From an uncultured virus (IMG/VR IMGVR_UViG_3300042307_001070) (Duplodnaviria; Heunggongvirae; Uroviricota; Caudoviricetes), in IMG/VR virus record IMGVR_UViG_3300042307_001070: a stretch of DNA of 20,000 bases. One strand, given 5' to 3'. How positions within the stretch are numbered: position 1 is the first letter of the stretch; every line of letters begins with the position of its first letter. Positions 5,481 to 13,650 of this stretch are shown here, piece by piece. The notes below the pieces were generated by a model, which was given only the letters and a program-made list of their open reading frames with translations, searched no databases and was not told the DNA's origin. Both the position numbers and the translations under genes were made by a program.

Positions 5481-5543
5481 ATGACACCATTATTGTTGAT
5501 ATTATTTATTATGTTTATCTTTGTAGTAAGAAAAAGAAGATAA
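5481..5543 (+). CDS. Possible 20-aa hydrophobic peptide MTPLLLILFIMFIFVVRKRR
   Basis: A-rich leader, single TM-like stretch with basic tail; overlaps a TATCTTTG promoter-like motif. Confidence 0.4.
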   Translation: MTPLLLILFIMFIFVVRKRR

Positions 5544-5554
5544 AATTATTGGTT

Positions 5555-5670
5555 GGTCAGGAGTGTAATGAGGCACGGTGCCGAGTCCCCAAGACCAATA
5601 GTCCCAGACACTTGTGGGTTCTATGGAGTCGTAAGGTTGCTCATTGTGGGTTCGACTCCCACCCTGACAT
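5555..5670 (+). ncRNA. tRNA-like RNA with long hairpin replacing the anticodon arm
   Basis: GTCAGG/CCTGAC acceptor; D-like arm GTGT-AATGAG-GCAC; ~65-nt interrupted hairpin; T arm GTGGG-TTCGACT-CCCAC. Confidence 0.65.
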
Positions 5671-5675
5671 CACCG

Positions 5676-5833
5676 GTTACTTGATTCCTGGTAGTAGAGT
5701 AACAACCATTGGGGAATTCGGGATGTCCCGCGAATGGTGGTGTAAGATAAGAGGAACTTACAACGGTAGAGTACCATAAACAAAAGAAACAAGACGTAGA
5801 GGTGACTCTGCGTTGGCGCAAATCTCTACCAAC
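5676..5833 (+). ncRNA. Unassigned multi-hairpin RNA
   Basis: GTTACTT/GAGTAAC, ACCATT/AATGGT, TGTAAG/CTTACA, GGTAGAG/CTCTACC and ACGTAGAG/CTCTGCGT stems. Confidence 0.55.
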
Positions 5834-5835
5834 TT

Positions 5836-5927
5836 AGTCAGGTTGGTACAAGGTCGGTTCGAGTCCGATGGAAGGTCATGGATGTCGGGTAGCTCCCTGT
5901 AGAGAGGTTCGATTCCTCTCCTGACTA
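5836..5927 (+). ncRNA. tRNA-like RNA with two T arms
   Basis: AGTCAGG/CCTGACT acceptor; GTCGG-TTCGAGT-CCGAT (5853-69) and AGAGG-TTCGATT-CCTCT (5903-19). Confidence 0.68.
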
Positions 5928-5930
5928 CAC

Positions 5931-5959
5931 TTGACATTATTAAATTAATGTCTTATTAT
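5931..5959 (+). promoter_or_regulatory. Canonical sigma70-like promoter
   Basis: TTGACA-N17-TATTAT. Confidence 0.45.
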
Positions 5960-5966
5960 TATACAA

Positions 5967-6040
5967 AACCGGGTAGCTCAGCTGGTAGAGCAATCCTTTT
6001 TAAACAGGACGTGTCATTGGTTCAATCCCTTTCCCGGTTT
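5967..6040 (+). pseudogene. Degenerate tRNA (Lys-like body, 8-nt anticodon loop)
   Basis: AACCGGG/CCCGGTT; canonical D arm; TCCT-TTTTAAAC-AGGA; weak T stem ATTGG/CCTTT. Confidence 0.6.
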
Positions 6041-6064
6041 TTTTATTTATAAAATTAAAATATT

Positions 6065-6271
6065 ATGAAAAAGTTTCTTTTATTGGTTTTGTCTTATGTT
6101 CTGTCATTCAGTATTGTTTGGGTTGGTTTGGGGTTGTTCAAATACTATTTGGAATCAGAATCATCAATCGGAACTTTTTTAATTGGATTAGTTGGTTTTT
6201 TCGTTGCCATTAATCCTGCTATGGATGTTTGGGAAAAATTATTCAAACGCTGGTTTAAAATCAAAGAATAA
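6065..6271 (+). CDS. Small two-TM membrane protein
   Basis: Two hydrophobic segments, basic C-terminus. Confidence 0.75.
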   Translation: MKKFLLLVLSYVLSFSIVWVGLGLFKYYLESESSIGTFLIGLVGFFVAINPAMDVWEKLFKRWFKIKE

Positions 6272-6346
6272 TAATTTAATAGTATGATCCACTCAAGAGG
6301 AGTGTTGGAACGGAGTTTGTTAATCTATTTATAAAAAAAAAACACT

Positions 6347-6430
6347 ATGGAAGTAATTATCGCATGTTTAGTACCGATCGCGTTGATAGGTATTATGGTA
6401 GTATCTTATTTGACCTACAAGGGGAGATAA
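6347..6430 (+). CDS. 27-aa single-TM peptide MEVIIACLVPIALIGIMVVSYLTYKGR
   Basis: TATTTAT at 6326, A-rich leader, terminator directly after stop. Confidence 0.55.
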   Translation: MEVIIACLVPIALIGIMVVSYLTYKGR

Positions 6431-6452
6431 AAAAAGGGACCGAAGTCCCTTT
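6431..6452. terminator. Bidirectional terminator between convergent genes
   Basis: AAAAAGGGAC-CGAA-GTCCCTTT. Confidence 0.75.
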
Positions 6453-6455
6453 ATG

Positions 6456-7064
6456 TTATTTAATGTCTGTTGACTCTATTAGAGTATATGAAAACTTGTT
6501 TCCGTGAATTTTAGATGCCTTCTTACATAAAGACATAAACACATCAAAGTCTTTTACTCTTTTAAATACTTGACAACCCTCACTCCAATTTTCAACCCAC
6601 TGTGAGTCTTGACCTGCTTTGTGGATGTTAATACCAAAAATACCAGTATCGGTTTTTGTTTCTTCAAAAATAAGATCTTTGTTTGCATCTCTCCATACAG
6701 TTACATTTCCTAATCTTTGACAAAGAGCTTCATATTTTCCTTGATGTAAATCAATTTTCCATACACCTCTGTACTGACCCGGTACTAATCTTGCAACACC
6801 ATTTTTGTTATGGAATTGTTGAACACCCTTTTTACCTGGATCACATGTTGCCATCCAACAATAGTATTGCCAAGCACCTTTTTCATCTTTAAATGATAAT
6901 GTTAGATGATCGTCAAACACATTGGTCACTTTTTTATAAACCGCTGGTGACGTGTTTCTTACTCCTACGATATTCACATCGTAACTTTTGTTGTTTGCGT
7001 CTTCAAACCAAACATACCCTTTGGCTTTTACGGCAGCCTCAACCTGTTCTCTTGTGTAACTCAT
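6456..7064 (-). CDS. Putative L,D-transpeptidase (YkuD)-like cysteine peptidoglycan enzyme
   Basis: GINIH-x13-SEGCQV resembles the YkuD H...SxGC catalytic motif; ATATTTAT upstream on minus strand (7082-7089). Confidence 0.6.
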   Translation of the reverse strand: MSYTREQVEAAVKAKGYVWFEDANNKSYDVNIVGVRNTSPAVYKKVTNVFDDHLTLSFKDEKGAWQYYCWMATCDPGKKGVQQFHNKNGVARLVPGQYRGVWKIDLHQGKYEALCQRLGNVTVWRDANKDLIFEETKTDTGIFGINIHKAGQDSQWVENWSEGCQVFKRVKDFDVFMSLCKKASKIHGNKFSYTLIESTDIK

Positions 7065-7142
7065 AATAATTAATTTTGATTATAAATATTGTGATTTTTG
7101 AAAAGTAAATAGGTTTTTTAAGGTATTGTCATATTTATTAAT

Positions 7143-8762
7143 ATGAAATATCGTTTAAGAATAAAAATAACATTAGTTATCGCCGCTTTACTAATGATTG
7201 CATTTATGTGTGTTAAAATTGCGGTTCTTATTGGGTTACGAGAATCTACAGAAACAACTAGATGGCTAGAATTTTTTGGGGTTATTTCTCTCATCCCTAT
7301 ATCTGCGTTATTAATTAAAGACTTTATCAATTCCACTAAAGATACTGTATCTAAAGAATCGGTGGATAAATTGGTAGAATTAAAACATTTCTTAGATTCT
7401 TCTTCCATCATATCTAAAGCTGATGCAAAAGGAAAGATTACATACGTTAATCAAAAATTTACCGAAATCTCAGGTTATTCATTAGAAGATGTTCTTGGTA
7501 AAGACCACAATATTGTAAATTCTGGAACACACCCAAAAGAGTTTTGGTCTAATATGTATAAAACTGTTGTTGTGAATAAGGGTCTTTGGAATGAGGTTTG
7601 TGTCAATAGGGCAAAAGATGGAAGTCTTTATTATGTGGATACTTTTATTAAATGTAGTTTTGATGAAAACGGTAAATTGTTAGAGTTTATGTCAATTCGT
7701 CAAGACTTAACTTCTTTAAAAAAGACTGAACAAGAAATATCAAATAGAATGAATGCGATTAACAGATCAAATGCCGTTATTGAATTTGATTTAGATGGTA
7801 ACATAAAATTTGCAAATGATTTATTTTTAAGTACTTTAGGTTATGATTCGCACGATGAACTTGTTGGAAAACATCATAGTATATTTGTTGAAGATGTGGT
7901 AAAAGACTCTGAAGAATATTCAAACTTTTGGAAAACTTTAAAAGGTGGTCAATTCTTTATGGGTGAAATCATTAGAAAGAAAAAAAACGGATCTTTAATT
8001 TATCTCCAAGCGACATATAACCCCATCATAGGAACCGATGGGAAACCATATAGAGTAATGAAAATCGCCACTGACATCACCCAAAGTATTAATCAACAAA
8101 TGGAGATTGAAAAGAAAAATACCTATTTAGAGCATGCCGCAAAGATATTAAGACACGATATGCACTCTGGTATTAATACATATATGCCAAGAGGATTAAG
8201 CTCTTTAGAACGAAGATTAACTCCTGAAGATATAAAAAATTTAAAAATAGAATCCCCACTTAGAATGATTAAAGAAGGTTTAAAACATTCTCAAAAAGTA
8301 TATAAAGGGGTTTACGAATTTACCAATTTGGTTAAAAGAGATGTTGTTTTAAATAAAGCGGAATGTGATTTAAAATTAATCCTATCTGATTATCTATCAT
8401 CTACTGCATATATTAGTCAAGTTATTATAGATGAGTTACCAACTATTGAGGTAAACGAAGCACTATTTTGTACTGCGGTTGATAACTTGATTAGAAACGG
8501 TTTAAAGTATAATGATTCGGATTCTAAATTTGTTAAAATAACTTCAGACGAGAATTATGTTTACATTCAAGATAATGGTAGAGGAATCACACAAGAAGAT
8601 TTTGATCACCTATGTAAACCATATACCAGAAAAGAAGGACAAAAAGAATCTGGCACTGGTTTGGGTTTAAATATTTGTGTTGCTATATTAGAAGAACACG
8701 GGTTTAATATTACCTGTGAGAAAAATGAAATAGGAACAAAAATGAAAATAAAAATAAAATAA
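7143..8762 (+). CDS. Membrane-anchored PAS-PAS sensor histidine kinase
   Basis: Two N-terminal TMs; PAS1 (GKITYVNQKFTEISGY..NRAKDGSLY); PAS2 (GNIKFANDLF..LQATYNPI); H-box ILRHDM; N-box NLIRNGLKY; G1 DNGRGI; G2 GTGLGL. Confidence 0.93.
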   Translation: MKYRLRIKITLVIAALLMIAFMCVKIAVLIGLRESTETTRWLEFFGVISLIPISALLIKDFINSTKDTVSKESVDKLVELKHFLDSSSIISKADAKGKITYVNQKFTEISGYSLEDVLGKDHNIVNSGTHPKEFWSNMYKTVVVNKGLWNEVCVNRAKDGSLYYVDTFIKCSFDENGKLLEFMSIRQDLTSLKKTEQEISNRMNAINRSNAVIEFDLDGNIKFANDLFLSTLGYDSHDELVGKHHSIFVEDVVKDSEEYSNFWKTLKGGQFFMGEIIRKKKNGSLIYLQATYNPIIGTDGKPYRVMKIATDITQSINQQMEIEKKNTYLEHAAKILRHDMHSGINTYMPRGLSSLERRLTPEDIKNLKIESPLRMIKEGLKHSQKVYKGVYEFTNLVKRDVVLNKAECDLKLILSDYLSSTAYISQVIIDELPTIEVNEALFCTAVDNLIRNGLKYNDSDSKFVKITSDENYVYIQDNGRGITQEDFDHLCKPYTRKEGQKESGTGLGLNICVAILEEHGFNITCEKNEIGTKMKIKIK

Positions 8763-8780
8763 AAAACAAAAAAGAAAAAA

Positions 8781-9218
8781 ATGATTGATTCAATTTTATT
8801 AGTAGATGATGAGGATTTATTCCATTTGGTATTTGAAGACGCTTGTTCGTTACTTGACATAAGTTTGTCTTTAAATGCGTTAAATAGTTCTGACGAGGCA
8901 GCAAAACTATTTCAAAAATGGTTCCAGGATGGTGACAATAATGATAAACCTGAATGTGTGTTTGTTGACTTAAACATAATTGGTAGTTCTTTTGATGGTA
9001 TAGAGTTAATTAGAAAAGTTAATTTTGAATATGGTAATCACGTAGTTATTGGTATCATATCATCATCAAACGAACCGGAAGAACAAGCAAAAGCGCTCCA
9101 GGCTGGTGCTCAATTCTGGATTATTAAATCAGATGATATTGAACCTCGTTTAGAAGAGTTTAGAAAAGATTATGACGGTTACAAAAATAGAACCTTACCT
9201 TTTAAAGTATATAAATGA
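8781..9218 (+). CDS. Single-domain response regulator (CheY-like receiver)
   Basis: ILLVDDE; phospho-acceptor in VFVDLN; DGIELIR; ISSS; AGAQFWIIK; no output domain. Confidence 0.92.
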   Translation: MIDSILLVDDEDLFHLVFEDACSLLDISLSLNALNSSDEAAKLFQKWFQDGDNNDKPECVFVDLNIIGSSFDGIELIRKVNFEYGNHVVIGIISSSNEPEEQAKALQAGAQFWIIKSDDIEPRLEEFRKDYDGYKNRTLPFKVYK

Positions 9219-9889
9219 TAAAGTTAGATAAAAATAGTGAAGAAAAGTTAATAAACCTACTTGAGTCCAAGAACATTGGACTTGAGGGGAATGTTATAAA
9301 GTTGATTGAATCGGACAACGATTCGTTTAAAGACTATTTAAAAAAATGTACGGATAAAGATAAAGATTCTAGACGAAAACGATTAGAGATTACTAAAAAA
9401 ATACAATTACAAAACAATGAATTATCTGATCTAAACGAACAGAATCAAAAAATGATGGAAGATCTTCAGTCCACACTAAAAGAGGCTGAAGAACAAAAAG
9501 TAAAGATTGAAGGGCAAAACGGAGAGTTGATTAATTGGAGAGAAGAGAACGAAAAGATTCAACAGGAACTACAAAAGGAGATGATTAAATCTGAAACCGC
9601 AAGAATACGTGCGGAGGAAGCAAAAACAAACGCAATCAACGATCTTGACATACTTCAAAAGAAAAACCAAACAGAACTTATATCAACAATTGTTAGAGTT
9701 GCTCTTTATATTATTGTTGGTGTTGGTATTGTTACTACCGGAGTTTATGTATTCACTCTTGTTATGGGTAAAGACACACAAGTTATTAGTGCTGCTTGGT
9801 CTAACATATTTGGTATACTTCTAACAAACGCATTCTCAATAGTAGGAACCATTATGGGTATTAAATACGCAACAGAAAATAAACAATAA
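9215..9889 (+). CDS. Coiled-coil protein with two C-terminal TM helices
   Basis: Long heptad-rich E/Q/K region then two hydrophobic helices; ATGA overlap with response regulator. Confidence 0.8.
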   Translation: MIKLDKNSEEKLINLLESKNIGLEGNVIKLIESDNDSFKDYLKKCTDKDKDSRRKRLEITKKIQLQNNELSDLNEQNQKMMEDLQSTLKEAEEQKVKIEGQNGELINWREENEKIQQELQKEMIKSETARIRAEEAKTNAINDLDILQKKNQTELISTIVRVALYIIVGVGIVTTGVYVFTLVMGKDTQVISAAWSNIFGILLTNAFSIVGTIMGIKYATENKQ

Positions 9890-9900
9890 AACAAAAACGT

Positions 9901-10725
9901 ATGTTATTAAAAGTAGGATCTACAGGAGAAGATGTAAAAAAACTCCAAACAAAATTAGGATTAACCGCTGATGGTTCTTTTGGACCTAAAACTGAAACGG
10001 TGGTAAAAGAATGGCAAACTAAAAACGGATTAACCGCTGATGGTATTGTTGGTGACGGTACTTGGTCTAAAATGTTCGGGACAACTCAAGTAGTAAAAGA
10101 AGATGTTGTGATTACACCGGTAACAGGATTGAATATTGAAAAACTAAAAGGTCACATTCCTGATGTTGTTATCGCACAGATTCCTGAAACCGCAAAAAAA
10201 TTTAATATCACAACTAACTTGAGACTTGCTCACTTCTTATCACAATGCGGTCACGAGTCAGGAGGTTTTAAGGCGGTATCAGAAAATTTAAATTATTCTG
10301 CCGACGGATTAAAAAGAACGTTTGGTAAATACTTTCCTGGTAACTTGGCTGAATCATACGCAAAACAACCTGAAAAGATCGCATCAAGAGTCTATGCTGA
10401 CCGTATGAGTAACGGAAACGAAGCGTCAAAAGAAGGATATAAATTTAGAGGTAGAGGATACATCCAATTAACAGGTAAAGGAAACTACACCAGTTTTACA
10501 AAATTTATCGGTGAAGATTGTGTTGCGAACCCTGACTTAGTTGCAACTAAATACCCATTGGCATCTGCGGCATTTTTCTTTGACTCAAACAAACTTTGGT
10601 CAATATGTGATAAAGGAGCTGATGATGCTACGGTTACTGCGGTAACAAAAAGAGTAAATGGAGGAACAATAGGTCTTGCGGATAGAATTAAACACTTCAA
10701 AGAGTATTATAACTTATTAAAATAA
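9901..10725 (+). CDS. Endolysin: peptidoglycan-binding domain plus GH19 lysozyme/chitinase-like domain
   Basis: PGBD (GSTGEDVKKLQ..ADGSFGPKT..DGIVG); AHFLSQCGHESGGF, ENLNYS, FRGRGYIQLTGK, VTKRVNGG motifs. Confidence 0.93.
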   Translation: MLLKVGSTGEDVKKLQTKLGLTADGSFGPKTETVVKEWQTKNGLTADGIVGDGTWSKMFGTTQVVKEDVVITPVTGLNIEKLKGHIPDVVIAQIPETAKKFNITTNLRLAHFLSQCGHESGGFKAVSENLNYSADGLKRTFGKYFPGNLAESYAKQPEKIASRVYADRMSNGNEASKEGYKFRGRGYIQLTGKGNYTSFTKFIGEDCVANPDLVATKYPLASAAFFFDSNKLWSICDKGADDATVTAVTKRVNGGTIGLADRIKHFKEYYNLLK

Positions 10726-10734
10726 AATAAAAAA

Positions 10735-11589
10735 ATGGCAGAAAATAATACAATATTTTTTAAACTTGAGGAATATTACGACAACGATGGATCTGAGGAG
10801 TTACAAGCATCTACCGATGTAAATGGTAAGGTTAATATCTCAGTAATTAATTTACTAAATAAGGAAACCGCTGCGGATCAACATAGAGAAGTTGTTGGTT
10901 TAACTCCATTATCACGATACACCATAAATGATACGACAGAAAATTTATTTAGTGTTAGTTTTATAACTGACGATGATGGGTATACTAAAGTTGACCTATC
11001 CAAAATGTTATTAAACACTACATTTATAAAGTTTTATCAAAAGTACAAAGGTGAGGTAACTTTAAATGTAACAATTGAAATACCAAAAACAAATAAATAT
11101 AACGTTTTTGTTGGTAACGCTAAAATAACACCATCGTGGAAAAAAGAAGAATCAGGAATTATATTTGAAAGTTATGACTATTACAATAATGACGATACTA
11201 TCATTTTATCACCAATTGAAGATAAAGTAACTGATTTGGCAACATTAAGACAAACATATAAAACAGTTGAAGAAAATTACCTTTTAGTTAAAAAAAGATA
11301 TGAGAGTCAAATTGTTGGTGAGGTTGATTTAGAAATTGATACTACGGAAACTTATGAACCTAAAAGTCTTAAAACCGTTATAACAAGATTATTAGAATTT
11401 CAAGTGGGTACTTTACAACCGGCACTTGAATATACAAAAACCGCAAAACTAACAACAGAATACGACAGGTTAAACACAATGGATAAATTAGTTAATATTT
11501 TATCTAAAATGTATCCAAATATTACTATTGAAGATGGTGAAGGAATTCCTTATAATTCGGATATTGATCCAAAATTGGAAACATTGTAA
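10735..11589 (+). CDS. Hypothetical protein
   Basis: 284-aa ORF 9 nt after endolysin. Confidence 0.8.
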   Translation: MAENNTIFFKLEEYYDNDGSEELQASTDVNGKVNISVINLLNKETAADQHREVVGLTPLSRYTINDTTENLFSVSFITDDDGYTKVDLSKMLLNTTFIKFYQKYKGEVTLNVTIEIPKTNKYNVFVGNAKITPSWKKEESGIIFESYDYYNNDDTIILSPIEDKVTDLATLRQTYKTVEENYLLVKKRYESQIVGEVDLEIDTTETYEPKSLKTVITRLLEFQVGTLQPALEYTKTAKLTTEYDRLNTMDKLVNILSKMYPNITIEDGEGIPYNSDIDPKLETL

Positions 11590-11624
11590 TATTTATATAT
11601 AAATAAACTTTTAAATTTTCAATT

Positions 11625-11792
11625 ATGAAACTTACAAAAGAACAAGTATTAGGGATCGTTAGACACACATTAACATTTGTTGGTGGTATTGTTGTAATGA
11701 AAGGTCTTGTTGATGAGACGGTCGTTACTGAGATCATCGGTGGTGTTATGACATTAGTCGGAACTATTTGGTCAGTTATTAACAAAAAATAA
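11625..11792 (+). CDS. 55-aa putative holin (Pam3 gp28-like), absent from ORF track
   Basis: MKLTKEQVLGIVRHTLTFVGGIVVMKGLVDETVVTEIIGGVMTLVGTIWSVINKK: two short TMs, RH.LT..GG and WS..K pattern. Confidence 0.7.
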   Translation: MKLTKEQVLGIVRHTLTFVGGIVVMKGLVDETVVTEIIGGVMTLVGTIWSVINKK

Positions 11793-11811
11793 TTTTGTTA
11801 AATTAATACTT

Positions 11812-11838
11812 AACCCCCATAAAAAGTGGGGGTTTTTT
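11812..11838 (+). terminator. Intrinsic terminator
   Basis: AACCCCCAT/GTGGGGGTT stem followed by T-run. Confidence 0.8.
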
Positions 11839-11864
11839 AATTTATAATATATTTATTAATTAGT

Positions 11865-12473
11865 ATGGAAAATTATGTAGGAATAGTGATCGCATTTATA
11901 ACAGGTGTGATAGGACCAATCTTGGTTCTTTATATAAAGAGTAAGTTGGAGAAGAAGGAGAAACCTGATATGGTTAAGGAAACATTAAGGGTTGCGGAGT
12001 TGGTTACAAACAAAATAGAACACATTAAGGACGAATTTAATGCTGACAGAGTTTGGATTACACAATTCCATAACGGAGGAAACTTCTACCCAACAGGTAA
12101 ATCAATGGCAAAGTTTTCAATCATGTATGAAACGGTACATCCAGGTGTTCAATCAGTACAAAGTAACTTTCACAATATACCTGTTAATCTATTTTCAAAA
12201 TCAATCAACCAACTATTAAGTAACGACGTTATAGAAATACCGGACTATAAAGACGAGACAATAGCGACTTATGGTTTAAAATATATTGCAGAAGATACTG
12301 GATGTAAATCAGGTTATTTATTTGCTATTAAAACTATTGATGATAGATTTATCGGGACTTTAGGTGTTGAATATACAAAAAGAAAAACGAAATTAAATAT
12401 TGAATCAATAAACCATTTATTAGTACATGCAACATCACTTGGTGGTGTACTTATGACACACTTGCAACAATAA
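11865..12473 (+). CDS. Single-TM protein with GAF-like domain (T4 holin T-like architecture)
   Basis: N-terminal TM; ADRVWITQFHNG...GCKSGYLFAIK...FIGTLGVEY matches GAF pattern. Confidence 0.6.
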   Translation: MENYVGIVIAFITGVIGPILVLYIKSKLEKKEKPDMVKETLRVAELVTNKIEHIKDEFNADRVWITQFHNGGNFYPTGKSMAKFSIMYETVHPGVQSVQSNFHNIPVNLFSKSINQLLSNDVIEIPDYKDETIATYGLKYIAEDTGCKSGYLFAIKTIDDRFIGTLGVEYTKRKTKLNIESINHLLVHATSLGGVLMTHLQQ

Positions 12474-12474
12474 C

Positions 12475-13005
12475 ATGTCAACAAAAAATAAAAAAATTAT
12501 TCAAGCCAATATATTATCAGAACAAAGATATCTGAATAATAAATACTTAAACGAGGATGAAGGGACAACAAGTGGAAACACTCAAAACACTAAAGAAACA
12601 TTGCAAGATGTTGGTGTAAATTTAACGGATTCTGCAACACACAATTCTATTTTACAACAATTAAAACCTTATAGTAATAAAGTCAATATTAATAGTTTAA
12701 CTCCACACGTAGGTAAAGATAGTTTTTTTGATGAGTTAGGTAATTACGTAAGTTTATCACCTGAGAAATCAAAAATAGATAGATCCACAATAACAGGACA
12801 AGAGTTAAAATTAAATTTACCTAACGGAATTAATTTAAAAGGTAGTTTTGATTTAAAAGACGGTGGGTTAGGTAGTGTATCGATTGGTAAAAACGTAAAC
12901 ATCGGAAACCAAAAGGTAAATTTATCACTTAAAACTAATGCGTTGACAGGAGGGAACACAGCGCAAGTAGGGATTAAAATACCAATAGGTGGTAATAGAC
13001 GTTAA
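12475..13005 (+). CDS. Hypothetical protein
   Basis: 176-aa ORF; Gly-rich, beta-strand-like C-terminus. Confidence 0.75.
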   Translation: MSTKNKKIIQANILSEQRYLNNKYLNEDEGTTSGNTQNTKETLQDVGVNLTDSATHNSILQQLKPYSNKVNINSLTPHVGKDSFFDELGNYVSLSPEKSKIDRSTITGQELKLNLPNGINLKGSFDLKDGGLGSVSIGKNVNIGNQKVNLSLKTNALTGGNTAQVGIKIPIGGNRR

Positions 13006-13011
13006 TTTAGA

Positions 13012-13584
13012 TTACTCAACTCTGAATATCTTTACATAATCAACAAATACAAATATAGTACCGTCTTGATTCATAACCGAATGACAAGCAAACACTCCCG
13101 GTAAGTTTGAAGAATCAAACTCCATATTTTGAACTTGTTTGTGACCCTCAGAGTTTTCCCACGCAATTACAATTCTAGAAGCCAACTCATCATAAGAAGA
13201 ATAATCCACGTTGGACTTAAATGCGTTTTCATATAAACTCATTTTTGGTAATCCGTTTTGTAACATTACACTTTCACCACCATAAATATTTTTGGCTTCA
13301 GATATTATTTTATTTCTTATTGAAAGATCGTTATATCTCTCTTTGTTTGGTGGGTGATAAAAAGATCCCGATAACGAAACCTCAATACAATTAGGGTTTG
13401 AAAACAATTGATAAACGGATTTTGAAGTGATCAATGTATCAATACCTCTATCACGTCTTAATTTGTTTATCTCTATTAAAACTTTTTTATTTAAAAGTTG
13501 AGAGTTAAACGTGGAGTAAGTAACCCCCTGACCTAATACGAAATTTAGTACAAGAGAAAAAACAAGAACAAATAGGGTTTTCAT
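13012..13584 (-). CDS. Secreted CAP (SCP/PR-1) domain protein
   Basis: Signal peptide MKTLFVLVFSLV; INKLRRDRG, FYHP, EN, AWENSEGH motifs; start moved to 13584. Confidence 0.7.
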   Translation of the reverse strand: MKTLFVLVFSLVLNFVLGQGVTYSTFNSQLLNKKVLIEINKLRRDRGIDTLITSKSVYQLFSNPNCIEVSLSGSFYHPPNKERYNDLSIRNKIISEAKNIYGGESVMLQNGLPKMSLYENAFKSNVDYSSYDELASRIVIAWENSEGHKQVQNMEFDSSNLPGVFACHSVMNQDGTIFVFVDYVKIFRVE

Positions 13585-13650
13585 GAGATAATATTTTTGA
13601 TTTATGATGATACAAATATACAAATTTATTTTTAATTCATATTTATTAAT

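Noticed and set aside
3801..5821. ORFs 3801-4073, 4141-4389, 5549-5779 and 5621-5821
   Set aside because: They overlap tRNAs or structured RNAs and lack the codon style and leaders of the real genes.
4143..5927. tmRNA or Y RNA identity for the tRNA-like elements
   Set aside because: There is no GGGG 5' end, G3:U70 pair or tag ORF for tmRNA. The termini form acceptor-like stems rather than a Ro60-binding stem with a bulged C.
7143..9218. Bacterial chromosomal origin of the two-component genes (assembly chimera)
   Set aside because: They have the same AT-rich style and the same ATATTTAT upstream motif as phage genes, and are tightly packed with the endolysin. Read mapping would settle it.
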